Assembly (NCBI RefSeq): GCF_964355755.1 | Contig: NC_092671.1 | Span: 12,338,001 to 12,402,000, forward strand | Origin: Antedon mediterranea | Lineage: Eukaryota; Animalia; Echinodermata | Length of the DNA stretch: 64,000 nt | Reading direction: 5' to 3' | In this document: in pieces, positions 10,501-22,437 of the stretch | Position numbering within the stretch: the stretch's first letter is position 1 | How the letters are laid out: the number at the start of each line of letters is the position of its first letter | Made by a program: the position numbers and the translations under genes | Notes under the pieces: model-generated | The model's database searches: none | What the model saw: the letters and a program-made list of their open reading frames with translations, nothing else | What the model was told of the DNA's origin: nothing

Positions 10501-11829
10501 TAATTATAAGAAATAAATTATTACTAATTCATATGACTCAAGTGCAGTTTTTGTCAGATTTTATTGTTCTTAACTTATACAGTAATTCATTTAAAATCAC
10601 ATTCAAATTACATTTTTCTGACCACACTTATACTCATAACTTATAGTCCCATTCTCAATCTCTTTTTACAAATGTACAGTGTTCATTGTTTTGTCTTTGG
10701 ATCTGTGGATGTCCGGTTCATTTATATGCAGCCTTATTAATTAACCCATGCTAATTGGAGTCAAGAGAAATATTGATTGAGCTTCTAAAAGACTGGCAGT
10801 ATTGGCCTGTATACAACAATGATGATTTAGCTATGTTGCACCTGGTAAAACATACCCACAGTGATGAGATTTTAACACTGAAATTGTCACCATAAATTAG
10901 TTTACTGATTAAATTAAATGTATACCGGTTTGTATATTTTTTTTGTGTACAGTAATAGAGGTTCCCATTTCAAATGGTCATAAATGGTCATAAAAGGTCA
11001 TTCTTATTAAAAGCATATTTTTGTAGAGCACAGTATGGTTATTTTTATTTTGGTATGTCTACCCATGGAAGTATATTTTATACCTCCATGGTCTACTGTA
11101 TATCTCAATGAAAATTAGTGTATTTTAGATATACTGGTTTCTTGATAAAAATTATTAAAGGATCCGGTGTATGTTGTACTTATGTAAAGAGGTTTAGAAC
11201 CAGACCCATTACATAAAACATGACATGAACTTAATATAACTTTATTTGTCCTCTTAAAAAACAAAGAAATGTCGGTTGTCAGCAAATCCGATTAAAAGAT
11301 ACATAAATGGACTAAAAATGACAAAAAGTGTAAAAGATACATGAGTCAGTGTTAAAATATAAAAAATGCTGTATTAAAAAATTATGAATTTAATTAGATG
11401 ACAGTAATATATATTTTTTTAAATTGATTTGTTTCTTGCAAATGTTCATAACTCATAGTGCCCTGAATAAAGAAGTAAATAATCTCAGTTGAAAGTTCAC
11501 TAAATATTGATTTTTCTCATAATATTCATGATTTTACTTACCTGTCTCATGATCCATACAAAGTTATTGATTAGGCTGTAAATCATTACACAATTCCCTT
11601 ATTTACTAATTTTCAACCTTTAATACATTCAGTTTATAAATTAGCAATTTATAAATCAGTTTATGTTAATGACTTGACAGTTACAGTATTCTACAATACA
11701 CCAAGAAGAGGGAAAGATTATAGGTAGTTTGGAACTACTGTATATACAGTATAGTAGTACTGTACAGTAGACCTACACTGGATCGGCTGATTTTAAAATT
11801 TATTTTCATTCATGAAAATGTGGCAGTTG

Positions 11830-12153
11830 AGGCATGGCCCAGCAAACCATATACTCCATAAAATTGGCACAGGTTCAAGGCTCTCCTTTACCCTAGTTTG
11901 TGTGGTATAACACATCTTGGATAAAGATAAAGACCTTAAACTGGAGGTACGTTAACAGTAAAAATTTGGCATGTGTACCTTTTTTAAAAAAAAACAAACC
12001 TGGTCCGTTGTTCAAATGACTAGGGAGTTACCCCGGGTACTGGACCATCTAAGCCCCTATAAATCATGATACTATAGGTGCTGTACTGTGACTGCTGTGG
12101 GTCTATGGAGGACCTAATTTTCTCAATTAAGGGTGGCTATATATAACAGTATT
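11830..12153 (+). mobile_element. Diverged tRNA-derived SINE with Deu-like core
   Basis: A-box-like tggcccagc, B box ggttcaaggc, core gataaagaccttaaactggaggt...gactagggagttaccccggg similar to the 1008-1312 element. Confidence 0.55.
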
Positions 12154-12944
12154 AAGACACTTTTCTATATTATTCTCATTGTTTATTCATCCCAAGAATT
12201 CCAATTATAATTTTCTTGGCAACAATTCTCCATCCAATCTTTCCTAATATTTAATAATTAAAAGTAAATAAAGTCAGGTAGACTGGACAGTTGTCAATTC
12301 AACAATTGGTCTCAAACCAATTCCTGCTAATAATAAAATGGTAATTAGCATTTTGATCAGGTGGCTTCTTTAATACGTTATACTACCTACCTTGTTCTAC
12401 TGTTGAATACCGTACAGTATGTTGAAAGTATAGTATTATAATCATATTGTGATGCATCAAATCCATTGGGATTAACATAATCCTCTGGACAGGAAACATG
12501 GGATTTGCTAATACCCTACACAGACTACTGTTGAAAGACCTGTTATAGAACAATATGTTGCCATGGTTACTATTATTTTTAAGTTGGGTATGGGAGTTTA
12601 AATTCATCTGAAACAAATGATTCAATTATAGCAACCTATGAAATCTACATTTATCCAAACTGATACTGTAAATACAGTAGTAGGCAACTCAAATATTAAA
12701 AACCTGTATTCATGTTTTGGTTATTAAGTGGATTATGTTAAGCTTTTTTTTTGTAGATTTATCCAACCATATATATGTACTCAACTTTGATGAAAAGCAG
12801 GCTTATAATATTAGAAGGGTGCTTAACACAGTATCTGGGAAATACATATTTTTTGTTATGGTGGCTCATTGGTAAAGAAATATGTAATTTTACATTACAG
12901 TATACATTACTGGTAATACATTAATGTGTTTTTTTCTTTTTCAG

Positions 12945-13019
12945 GGTCCTCCATGAGCATGGGCATTCGGGCAGTGGATGTTCTACCAATACTTAAGGAA
13001 AAATTAGCATTTATTTCAG
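12945..13019 (+). CDS. trio: Trio exon 2 (SSMSMGIRAVDVLPILKEKLAFIS), start of Sec14/CRAL-TRIO domain
   Basis: Polypyrimidine tcag acceptor, gtaaa donor; matches the Trio/Kalirin DVLPILKEKVA motif. Confidence 0.95.
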
Positions 13020-13705
13020 GTAAAATAATTGTACAAAATATAGAAAAATAGATATAGGTTTTAAAATTATTTAATAACTTGATACAATATTTCTTTATCA
13101 CACATACTGTAGCATTAATTAAATTTCATAGAATGTGAATAATTGTGGCAGAAATTATAAATCTGTAGGTAACCTTCAATTGCTGTTTAAACAGTACACC
13201 ATACAGCAAGATAATGCAGTACAGGTACTATACTGTAGGCACCTATAAAATTAATTCCAACATCATTTAGAACTAGAAAGCCACTCCGATAGTGCATACC
13301 TCCGCCTACTGTAAAATTCTCCTACATAAGATTTCTCCGAAAAAAAAAAATATATATTTGTGTGTGTCTTAAATGCTGTTTGTGATTTAGGCTAATTTAA
13401 ATACAAGCTTGTGTATGCGAGTTTGGTGTAATGGTTATGTAACAAGCCTTTCAACAATTAACAATAGCTTCAGTTGACTAACAATAGAACAGCAACACAA
13501 AAATCAAACAAGTGAATTTGAAAAGAAATAGGTTTTTTTAAACTACTCGCATCAAAAAACGTGCACATTAAATAAAATTATGTTTTAAAATTACAAATCA
13601 GAAATTATAACTCTTGCCTCTAGTATAAAAATGAAGTTTTTTGGACAAGTAGTTTTCGAGAAAATGCAATTTCAGTATACTTGTTACTTTAAGACTGGTC
13701 GCCGG

Positions 13706-15635
13706 CAGTGTTCTCCCCAGGATTCACATCAAGCGTCACGCTTGCCCCACCCCCCCCCCCCCCCCGAGGGGGGTCATTCCGACACTAAGCACTTGAGTCA
13801 CAGCCCCACCATGGTTGGGGCTGTGACGAAGCGATTTTTGGTAATTTACACCCTAGATGGCCGGAAATGGTACTCTCGCACATAACATTTATGTTGAATG
13901 ACACCTCTGGTTTGGCCGGAAATAACACTTATAGCGCGCTAGCAAACAACAAAACGATCGTAGCCAACTTTTTCCGCCGGTAAACATACGCGAAGAAACA
14001 TTTTTTGCGTTCATTACGAACGTCAGGGGGAAGCCCCAATGAAAAAAATAGGCCTAATCTATTAGCCTACTCATCAGTAGGACAACTCTAGTTGGCCGGA
14101 AACGAAACTTTATAGCGCATTAGCAAACAGTAAAACCATCGTAGCATACTTTTTCCGCCAGTAAACATACGCGATAAAAAAATGTTTTTGCGTTCAATAC
14201 GAACGTCAAGGGGAATTCCCCGATGAAATAAAACTAGGCCTACTCATGAGTAGAACAACTCTGTAGTTGGCCGGAAAGACACTTCATAGCGCGCTAGCAA
14301 ACCGCACGATCGTAGCCTGCTTTTTCCGCCGGTAAACATACGCGATAAGAAACATTTTTTGCGTTCATTACGAACGTCAAGGGGAATTCCCCGATGAAAT
14401 AAAAAATGCCTACTCATCAGTAGGACAACTCTGTAGTTGGCCAGAAAGGACACTTCATAGCGCGCTAGCAAACAGCCCGATTGAGCCTACTTTTCCGCAG
14501 GTAAACATACTGTACGCGATATATGAAAAAAAAATATGCCTCATCAGTAGGCAAAACTGTAGTTAGCCGGAAACGACACCTCATAGCGCGTTAGCAAACA
14601 TTAAAACGATCGTAGCCTACTTTTTTTTTTCGCCGGCGGGTAAACATATGCGATAAAAAACATTTTTTGCGTTCAAATACAAACATCAGGGGCAAGTCCC
14701 GATGAAATAAAACTAGGCCTACTCATTAGTAAGACACCTCTAGTTGCCCGGAAATAAGACTTCATAGCGCACTAGGAAATAGGAAAACATTCGAAAGAGA
14801 GACATGGCAGTAACAAAACACGTGCTTACATCTCTCGGCGGCGGCCGGTGAAAGCACCATGTGACATACAGTATCGCAGTACTGATATCACAATACCATG
14901 TGACATCCCTTGTCACTCGACTTTCTCACGAAGTAGGGCCTAAAACATTCTAGCACCGATGTACAAATGTACCTTAAGTTAAGTGAAATAAGACTTTAGC
15001 GCACTAGCAAATAGGAAAACGATCGTAGCCTTCTTGAATGTATTATACGATTATACGATACAATTGCGCCTAGAAATCATTTGATGACGTGCGTATGTTA
15101 CCAACGAAAGAGTAAATCCCACCGATAGAGTCGATTAATTCAGTGTGATATTGAAAATAATAATATCATCGATATTTATTTTTAATACACATAACATTTT
15201 TACAAGAAAAACAATACAATCAATCATTTACTTTATTTACAATATACAAGTTACTACACTTTAGACAACAGCCAAATACTAGAGATCGAAAGAGAGACAT
15301 GGCAGTAACAAAACACGTGTTTACATAATCTCTCTGCGGCGGCCGGTGAAAGCGAGTCTCAGTTTAGTTGTTTAACACTTTGTTACGCAGTCTTTTGTTT
15401 TTCGTCTAGTGGTCATGTCACGTGTCTCGTATGCATTAGGCTCTTTATGCATGCCGCGCCTCAGCTCTAGAAAAAGTACCGTACCTGCCTGTTAATCTAT
15501 TTTTAGATTGTTGTGGTTGATATTTTTAAGCGTCACGGATAAGGTTTTAAGCGTCACGGCCGACCGTAAAGCGTCACGGTAGAGAACCCAAGCGTCACGG
15601 TACCGTGACGCTTCAAAGGCCTGGGGAGAACACTG
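13706..15635. mobile_element. Non-autonomous hAT-like DNA transposon with 6-bp TSD (CGCCGG)
   Basis: Perfect 16-bp TIR cagtgttctccccagg / cctggggagaacactg; TSD confirmed by the empty site in the sister element near 58281; subterminal agcgtcacgg repeats at 15527-15610. Confidence 0.85.
13898..14790. repeat. Internal tandem array, ~175-bp unit, ~5.5 copies
   Basis: Recurring gttggccggaaa..atagcgcgctagcaaac..ttttccgccggtaaacatacgcg..ttttgcgttca near 13898, 14081, 14255, 14425, 14551 and 14733. Confidence 0.9.
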
Positions 15636-16289
15636 CGCCGGCTTTTGAAAAATGTTGTCCTATCTTTTAACACTAGCAGGTCTGAAAAGTATACTAAAAA
15701 GTGGTCCAGAATTGGGACCATGGTCCGAAATGGTCCCACATATCTATCTGTACATTTATTTTGGTAAAGACCTTGTAATTACTTTTTGAGTAATCCTGCT
15801 AACAAACAGACAAACAAACCCAAGCGATCGATTACATATACCTCCTTGGCGGAGGTAAATAACTTGATATGAAGAGAAAGTGATGGAGTAGTACTGGCCA
15901 CATGCGTCTTCCCTTGTTCATTTATTCTGTTTGAAGGATCTATAGCTGTCTTACCTTTCCTAGTTGTTTTGGGTTAAAATTAGGCTGAAAAGGGGTAACA
16001 TGCACCTTAAAGGTAAAGTACATACTGTATCTTTGGTGGTACTATTTAATCATTCAGTGACATCCAATGATGTTACTACTGAATAATATTATTTTACAGT
16101 ACAATAGGTAAGTATCGCTAGATAAATGTTAAGATAGACATAGATAGTCATTCAGCATATTCAACAAAAATTTATACAAATTACTAATTATATGCATCTT
16201 TAAACACTTATAATTTACTTTACGAAAAAGTCATTTGAGATGTTAGAGTATTTATTTATTGTGATACTATATGGTAACGTTTATTAAAT

Positions 16290-16598
16290 AATTATGCACT
16301 TGTCAATTGTATGACCCACTATACGACCCCTGGGAGAGGTGCGTCATGGGTGCGTCATTTACAAATAATTACTGACGCAGGGGTGCGTCAAAAAACCTAG
16401 ATGGTACGTCACATCAATGAACAAGGTGTGTCAATGTCCGTCACTTTACTACCCACCATATCATAAACAACATGGTCACAGTGCGTCAAAATGGGCGCGT
16501 CATGGTCACCTAAAGGTAAGTCACCTTTTTGACGCACGGGTGCGTCATGGTATTCAAAAGTATGACGCACATCGGACAAATGACGCAAGTGCATTAGT
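16290..16598. mobile_element. MITE rich in TGACGCA/TGCGTCA motifs
   Basis: Imperfect TIRs atgcacttgtcaattgt / acaaatgacgcaagtgcat; about 10 tgacgca motifs in both orientations. Confidence 0.65.
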
Positions 16599-16647
16599 TA
16601 TACATACTGTAATGAAAGTATAAATTATTAAATTGTGTATTTTACAG

Positions 16648-16762
16648 GTGGTCGTGATAAGAGAGGTGGACCAGTAATAACCATCTTGGCAAAACCAAGC
16701 TTAGAACGAGTGCGAGAAGACGACCTAAAAAGACTGCTCAGATACTTAGCCAGTATCCCAAA
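16648..16762 (+). CDS. trio: Trio exon 3 (GRDKRGGPVITILAKPSLERVREDDLKRLLRYLASIP), Sec14 domain
   Basis: tttacag acceptor, gtaagt donor; hallmark GGRDKRGGP motif. Confidence 0.97.
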
Positions 16763-17530
16763 GTAAGTCAAAGTACTTTATAATCCATGAAACTGTATCA
16801 TCTATCTTTTAGATTGCATTTCAAGGTGAAATCATACTCTGGGGATGAATAATGTTTAAGAATTCTATCTATGACTGTAAGCTTCGTTCATCAGGTATAC
16901 TGAAAATTTCATATGATTAAAAATGTTAAAACCTTCGAGGGGTATTATGTACAAATACATAAGGTGATTAAACAGATAAATCTATTGACATTTAGAACTG
17001 TTCAATAATAGGCTGTTCTGCGGCGGTTTCTAATTCGTTTATTATCAGAACAAATTTTTCGCTTCCTCTTCAAGAACACTAAATACACTTCAGATGTTTC
17101 CTTATAGCTTTTCTTAGAATTCTTTGAGTAATTTTCACACTTTGAAATTAATATATCTACTATATGTTTATAAGTTATTCAAAACGTATTGCAGTAATGT
17201 GTATGACTCGATGGAGTCAATTCAGTGAAGGTACTTTGAACTCATTTAGAGTATGCTTTAATAACGGGTTACTTAAGCTTTGAAGTAACCTAGTTACAAT
17301 AGCGCAAGCATGATGTCCGTTACAGACACATCCCACATTTTATAAATATTGGAAGAACAGTATAGTTTTATGGTTTAATTAAAACCATACAGCAGAATGC
17401 AATGTACTTCCACAATCCAGCCTTCATCAAAATGTTAGATTGTTATTGTAGAAGATGTTCTTGTGAATTTTCTGGTTTAATTTTGTATGTTATGGTTGTA
17501 CTATCCAAAATAAAATAATGATTGAATGAA

Positions 17531-18072
17531 TGTTTTTAATTTTATGTCAGGTAAACTGATATTATACTGTCAGGTGGTTTCCCGAATGATCGTAAAATCA
17601 AAACGGTACTGGGTATGATCAAGTTCAATATTGAATATCGAAACGTGGCAGGCTAAAGGCGCTTGACCTTTGACAAGATCGCCTAAAATTTATAATTTCA
17701 AACTATGATACTTAGTATTGTATATTATGGAATAGCCGCTCCATAATTTTCTTTTCTTCTTTATATCTAAATTAACTCAAAATAAAATATTGAATTAATA
17801 AATATGTTTTTAATTTTATGTCAGGTAAACTGATATTATATTGTCAGTATTTTTTTGTCGTGAGGTGGTTTCCCGAATGATCGTAAAATCAAAACGGTAC
17901 TGGGTATGATCAAGTTCAATATTGAATATCGAAACGTGGCAGGCTAAAGGCGCTTGACCTTTGACAAGATTGCCTAAAATTTATAATTTCAAACTAGGAT
18001 ACTTAGTATTGTATATTCAGGAATAGCCGCTCCATAATTTGCTTTTCTTCTTTATATCTAAATTAACTCAAA
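17531..18072. repeat. Tandem duplication (~275-295 bp x2) containing one arm of an inverted repeat
   Basis: 17531-17782 repeated nearly identically at 17805-18072. Confidence 0.9.
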
Positions 18073-18184
18073 ACTTTTTATACTAACAATATATATTGAT
18101 GTTAATTTATTAACATCTAAACACTATATTGACATAATTTCATAAATCATCTACGTACAACTCTTCAAAACAAATTTTTTCAAT

Positions 18185-18520
18185 CTTCTATCAACTAAAA
18201 GTCGTGGTTATGTCTCAGGTCCATTCTATAGTAGCTGACAAGAAAGCTATTTGATCATACCCAGTACCAGTTTGATTTTACGATCATTCGAGAAACCATC
18301 TCAAGGCGAAAGGACATTTGAAGGCGATAGCATTTGAACTCAGAATATAGCTTCTATCAACTAAAAGTCGTGGTTATGTCTCAGGTCCATTCTATAGTAG
18401 CTGACAAGAAAGCTATTTGATCATACCCAGTACCAGTTTGATTTTACGATCATTCGAGAAACCATCTCAAGGCGAAAGGACATTTGAAGGCGATAGCATT
18501 TGAACTCAGAATATAGCTTC
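18185..18520. repeat. Near-perfect 166-bp tandem duplication containing the opposite inverted arm
   Basis: cttctatcaactaaaagtcg at 18185 and 18351; ttgatcatacccagtacc..cgatcattcg is the reverse complement of the arm in 17575-17622. Confidence 0.9.
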
Positions 18521-21357
18521 ATAACATTAGGATATTTTCAAGATTATATTCTTGTATTAGGATTTAATCACACGGCCTATGAGATTAGGACACTGACAGG
18601 GACCTATCCCATGGCAAGGAGTTAAAGATTGACTTTGATCTGAACACATGATATTAGCTATACAATTATACTATATTTGATCTGATGTGATTAGATTAAC
18701 ATAAAAATAAGATTAGGAAATTAACATTATGTTCAATAGGATTTGAAAATGAATTGAAAATATTATCGTGAAAAAGAATAGTACTGTATTATATGGATAT
18801 AACTGTCCTACTTTTTTTCTAACCACACTATCACAAACTATCACATAAAATGAAATACCTTATGATCATCACCATGTGTTTATAATTCAAGTCAAACTTA
18901 ACATTAAATTTAGTCAAACCTAACTTGCCATTACGTGACCATCCTACATTATGTTTTGTTTGCCAATTATACATACATGATGGTGTACTTATTATAAAAT
19001 CGTCGCTGTTTTAACATCATACACACAAAGTGATTGGCTACAGTCACATTGTCTGTGTAACCATGTTGACTGTTTCTACTTAGTCCTGACGAGTACTAGT
19101 TAATTCTGGATACTTTTTTTTCTTCTGCGGCAGATTAACGAGTGTGGATATGTTTCTTAATAATAGCCTCTGTACATGTCTCAAAGGAAACATTTACATT
19201 TAAGTTATTACTGTTGACTACTAAGTGTTTTTTTAAAGAATATTTTAGAGATTTTTAATATAATTTTTTTAGTACTGTAAACTAAGAACTGAATTTGTGC
19301 ATTATATATTTCAGAGCCTGGAGAAATAACTTCTTTTCTCATGTTTAAAGCCTTAATAGCAGATTTGCTAACCTTTCGTTAAGATATTTATTTAATTCAG
19401 CATTATTGCCAAGCATTATAATCTAAAGTATTGAATTCAAGATTGAAGCATACTCTATGTCAGCGCTCCGCAAACTTTTTATTTCAAGCCTAAAATTAAA
19501 TCCAGTTCCTGGGACACAAGATTTTACATTAAATCGTGATCACTAGTATGCATTACTTCTGAAACTTAGCCACACATATTAATGGTGTTTGGTACAGTAC
19601 GATTAGAACATTTTTTGCAAGACCAAACCTCATAAACTCTGACACAATTTGGTAACATCAAACACCATTATCTCAAATTTGTAAGCTGCATATTTATTAA
19701 AATATTAAAGGCATTTTTATTTTTTTCAATTTCTCAAGCTACCCTGTGGCCCTTCAAAAATGTTTTGTGGATTGTTGCTCTACTGTATGTTAATAACATG
19801 AATGCTAGAAATAAAAAAAAAATCATCATGATTTTTAACCATAACCTTCTTATTAAAATGAGAAAGATTCATTCAGTAGGCTTTACATAAAATAGACTAC
19901 TTTAATAGATAAAATTGACATGCCTTCACCACCAACTGATCTAGCTGTTTATAGATACCAATTTACCTATTATCAGATTAAAATAAACGACAGTACACTA
20001 ATAATTATAAGTGGAACCATGGAGATTGCATAGTAAAAGAAAACAATAAAACACTATGATTTTCATTGATCAAAATCACTTAGCTTTTGTTTAATAATAG
20101 CTTGTTCTTTATAGGCATCATAGCTATAATAAGATTTCTATTGAGAATGTGCGCAAACAGCATTGTGTCATTTGTTGCTTGTTCATGCAGCAATGAAGTG
20201 TGCAAGGAGGCCTGATATTGTTGGTAGTAGGTGTTGAAGATTGTTTTGCTATTTGATACACTTTTGAGATCATGTACACTTAATCAATATGTATGCTCAT
20301 GGTCAGTTGCATTTCGTAGTGAAAACAAAAATCTCAATAGCACTTACGATTTCCGAGTTTAAATCAATGTTCTGCAGTATTGCATGCACATTTATCAATG
20401 TGGTGTCGAATTAAAATCACTTGTAATGCATACATTTTCTATGTGAAGTACTTTACAGAATAAATGTCTAATGTGCACAGTAATGTAAAATACAGTCTAT
20501 ACTGTATATGAATCGTATTATATTTGTTTTGCACTTCAATTATTACGTGACATATAAGAATTTATTTTCCCACCAAAATATACATAAAAATACACAAATC
20601 ATTTATATTCTTTTCTAAAAATCTACAAATACAAGTCTATACACGTTCTGTTGAGAAAAAAAATTGGTTTTGTGCCAGCGACGGACAAGTTAGAATTAAT
20701 GTATTGTGATCGTCTAATGAAAAGTAATGGAGAAATTGACTTAGCAGTGACTTAACTAATGTCTTTGCTTAATAGATTTTACTATCAGATGTGAAGACAG
20801 GGTTAGTTAAACGTGATGTCTATGACAAGTCGTTTTCCATATTAGGAATGAATGGAATATCTTTAAATTAATTGAGTAGTGTTTGACTTGTATTTGTTGT
20901 ATGATTGACATGCAGGATGGAAAGATCTAATGAAGTCTCTTAAGTATTTGACATGAATATTAAGCCATTTTATTAGATTACTCTTCTAATTTTAATAATG
21001 CTATCCAGGAAATTGTATCGTATTAATGACGGTAGTTAATATTCTCTATTTTATTTCATTTCAGAAGTCCAGTTTGCATCTTGCTTTAATACCTTACATA
21101 CTAAAGCTCTCCATTTTGAGACAGGTTTTGTAGATTAATGAGAAAAAAGACTGTAATTAAAGGGATTTTAAATTATGTATAAGGTTTTACAACTGATTTG
21201 TGTTTGAAAATTGTCACTTTGTCATGTAGGAAAAAACACATTCTCACCACACAGTACATACTACAGTATGTCATGGTATCCAGTCAAATCATTTGCAACA
21301 ATTAAGACTACTTTTTACTATTTAACTATACTCATATTTATCTCATTATCTGTGACT

Positions 21358-22437
21358 AAGGCCCTGTTCAGACCCATGGCGTTAGACCGTTTTAGCGTAC
21401 GACGCTAAAAGAATGTGTGTCTGAACAGTTGGGGATTAGCGTACAACGCGTTGTACAACGGTTGTAGCGTTGTAGTGGAAAACGGTTGATAGTACCGTTT
21501 TAGCGTACGACGCTACTGTAAGTCAACGTTGTATCCAATCAGAACGTTTCCTGTTATGACGCGAAACAAGGTTTGACCTAGACTGACATCTTGTATCGTC
21601 AATGTGTGAGATGGATTTCAATAACAAAAAGGCCAGAATAAATAAGGCCTAACTACACTACAAATACAACTGTTACAAAGGCTACAAACTATTATCAACT
21701 GATTACCATTATATTTTCTAACAAATGACATAAATACATGCACCTTGTATTTAAACATAGGGACTACGATCCCATCCGCTTTTAGGCCTAGCTAGGCCTA
21801 GAGCCATTCATGCATTTCATTCAAGCTAAAAACTAGCCTGGGACATCAAGTCACTCATTCATACAAGGCAGACTAGACTGGACAAGTTTAATGCTGAAAA
21901 CCCCCTAACTCCTAAAAAAATCAGTAAACAAACAAGGGGAGCTGTTTCCCTTTTATTAGCAAGTTAAGGGTTATTTTCAACCGACTGGACCAAAGAATAT
22001 ATAATCTTTGACTGGACTGGATAGACTAATCACAATCATTTTTTTCTTCATCATTACGAGGCCTGCTTTATTTTCGTAACACAAGAGCCTGGGGAAAATG
22101 TTTTTTACTACAAAATAAAAACAATAGAAACAGAAATTTGGCTTTACTATATTTTTCTTAAATAAATGCTGAGGTATGTTTTATTTACGGCAAATTTTGT
22201 CATAATTGTAGGGCTGAGATCTAGGCCTGTATACAGTGGAAATAATGATGAAAACACGTGGGTAAGAGCACATGAATATGCAACTAGAAACAACTTGGAT
22301 GACGTACTTCCGTTGTAACGATAATCGTACGCTATGGGTCTGAACACCTCGTTTTTTTCTCTGCGGTTTGTAACGTGACCTTGATAGTAACGTTGTACGC
22401 TAAAACGGTCTAACGCCATGGGTCTGAACAGGGCCTT
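21358..22437. mobile_element. Non-autonomous DNA transposon, probably PIF/Harbinger type
   Basis: Perfect 43-bp TIR aaggccctgttcagacccatggcgttagaccgttttagcgtac; subterminal tagcgtac repeats; TSD not cleanly resolved. Confidence 0.8.

Larger units (their letters stand above)
13273..15862 (-). mobile_element. Non-autonomous Helitron/Helentron-like element carrying a nested hAT-like insertion
   Basis: CTAG terminus preceded by hairpin gcactatcggagtggc; subterminal inverted tacctccgcc / ggcggaggta; uninterrupted sister copy at 58190-58678. Confidence 0.75.

Noticed and set aside
13898-14790. Repeat array resembling CRISPR, and ORF 14244-14471
   Set aside because: Units are contiguous ~175-bp tandem repeats without unique spacers, inside a eukaryotic transposon; no cas genes.
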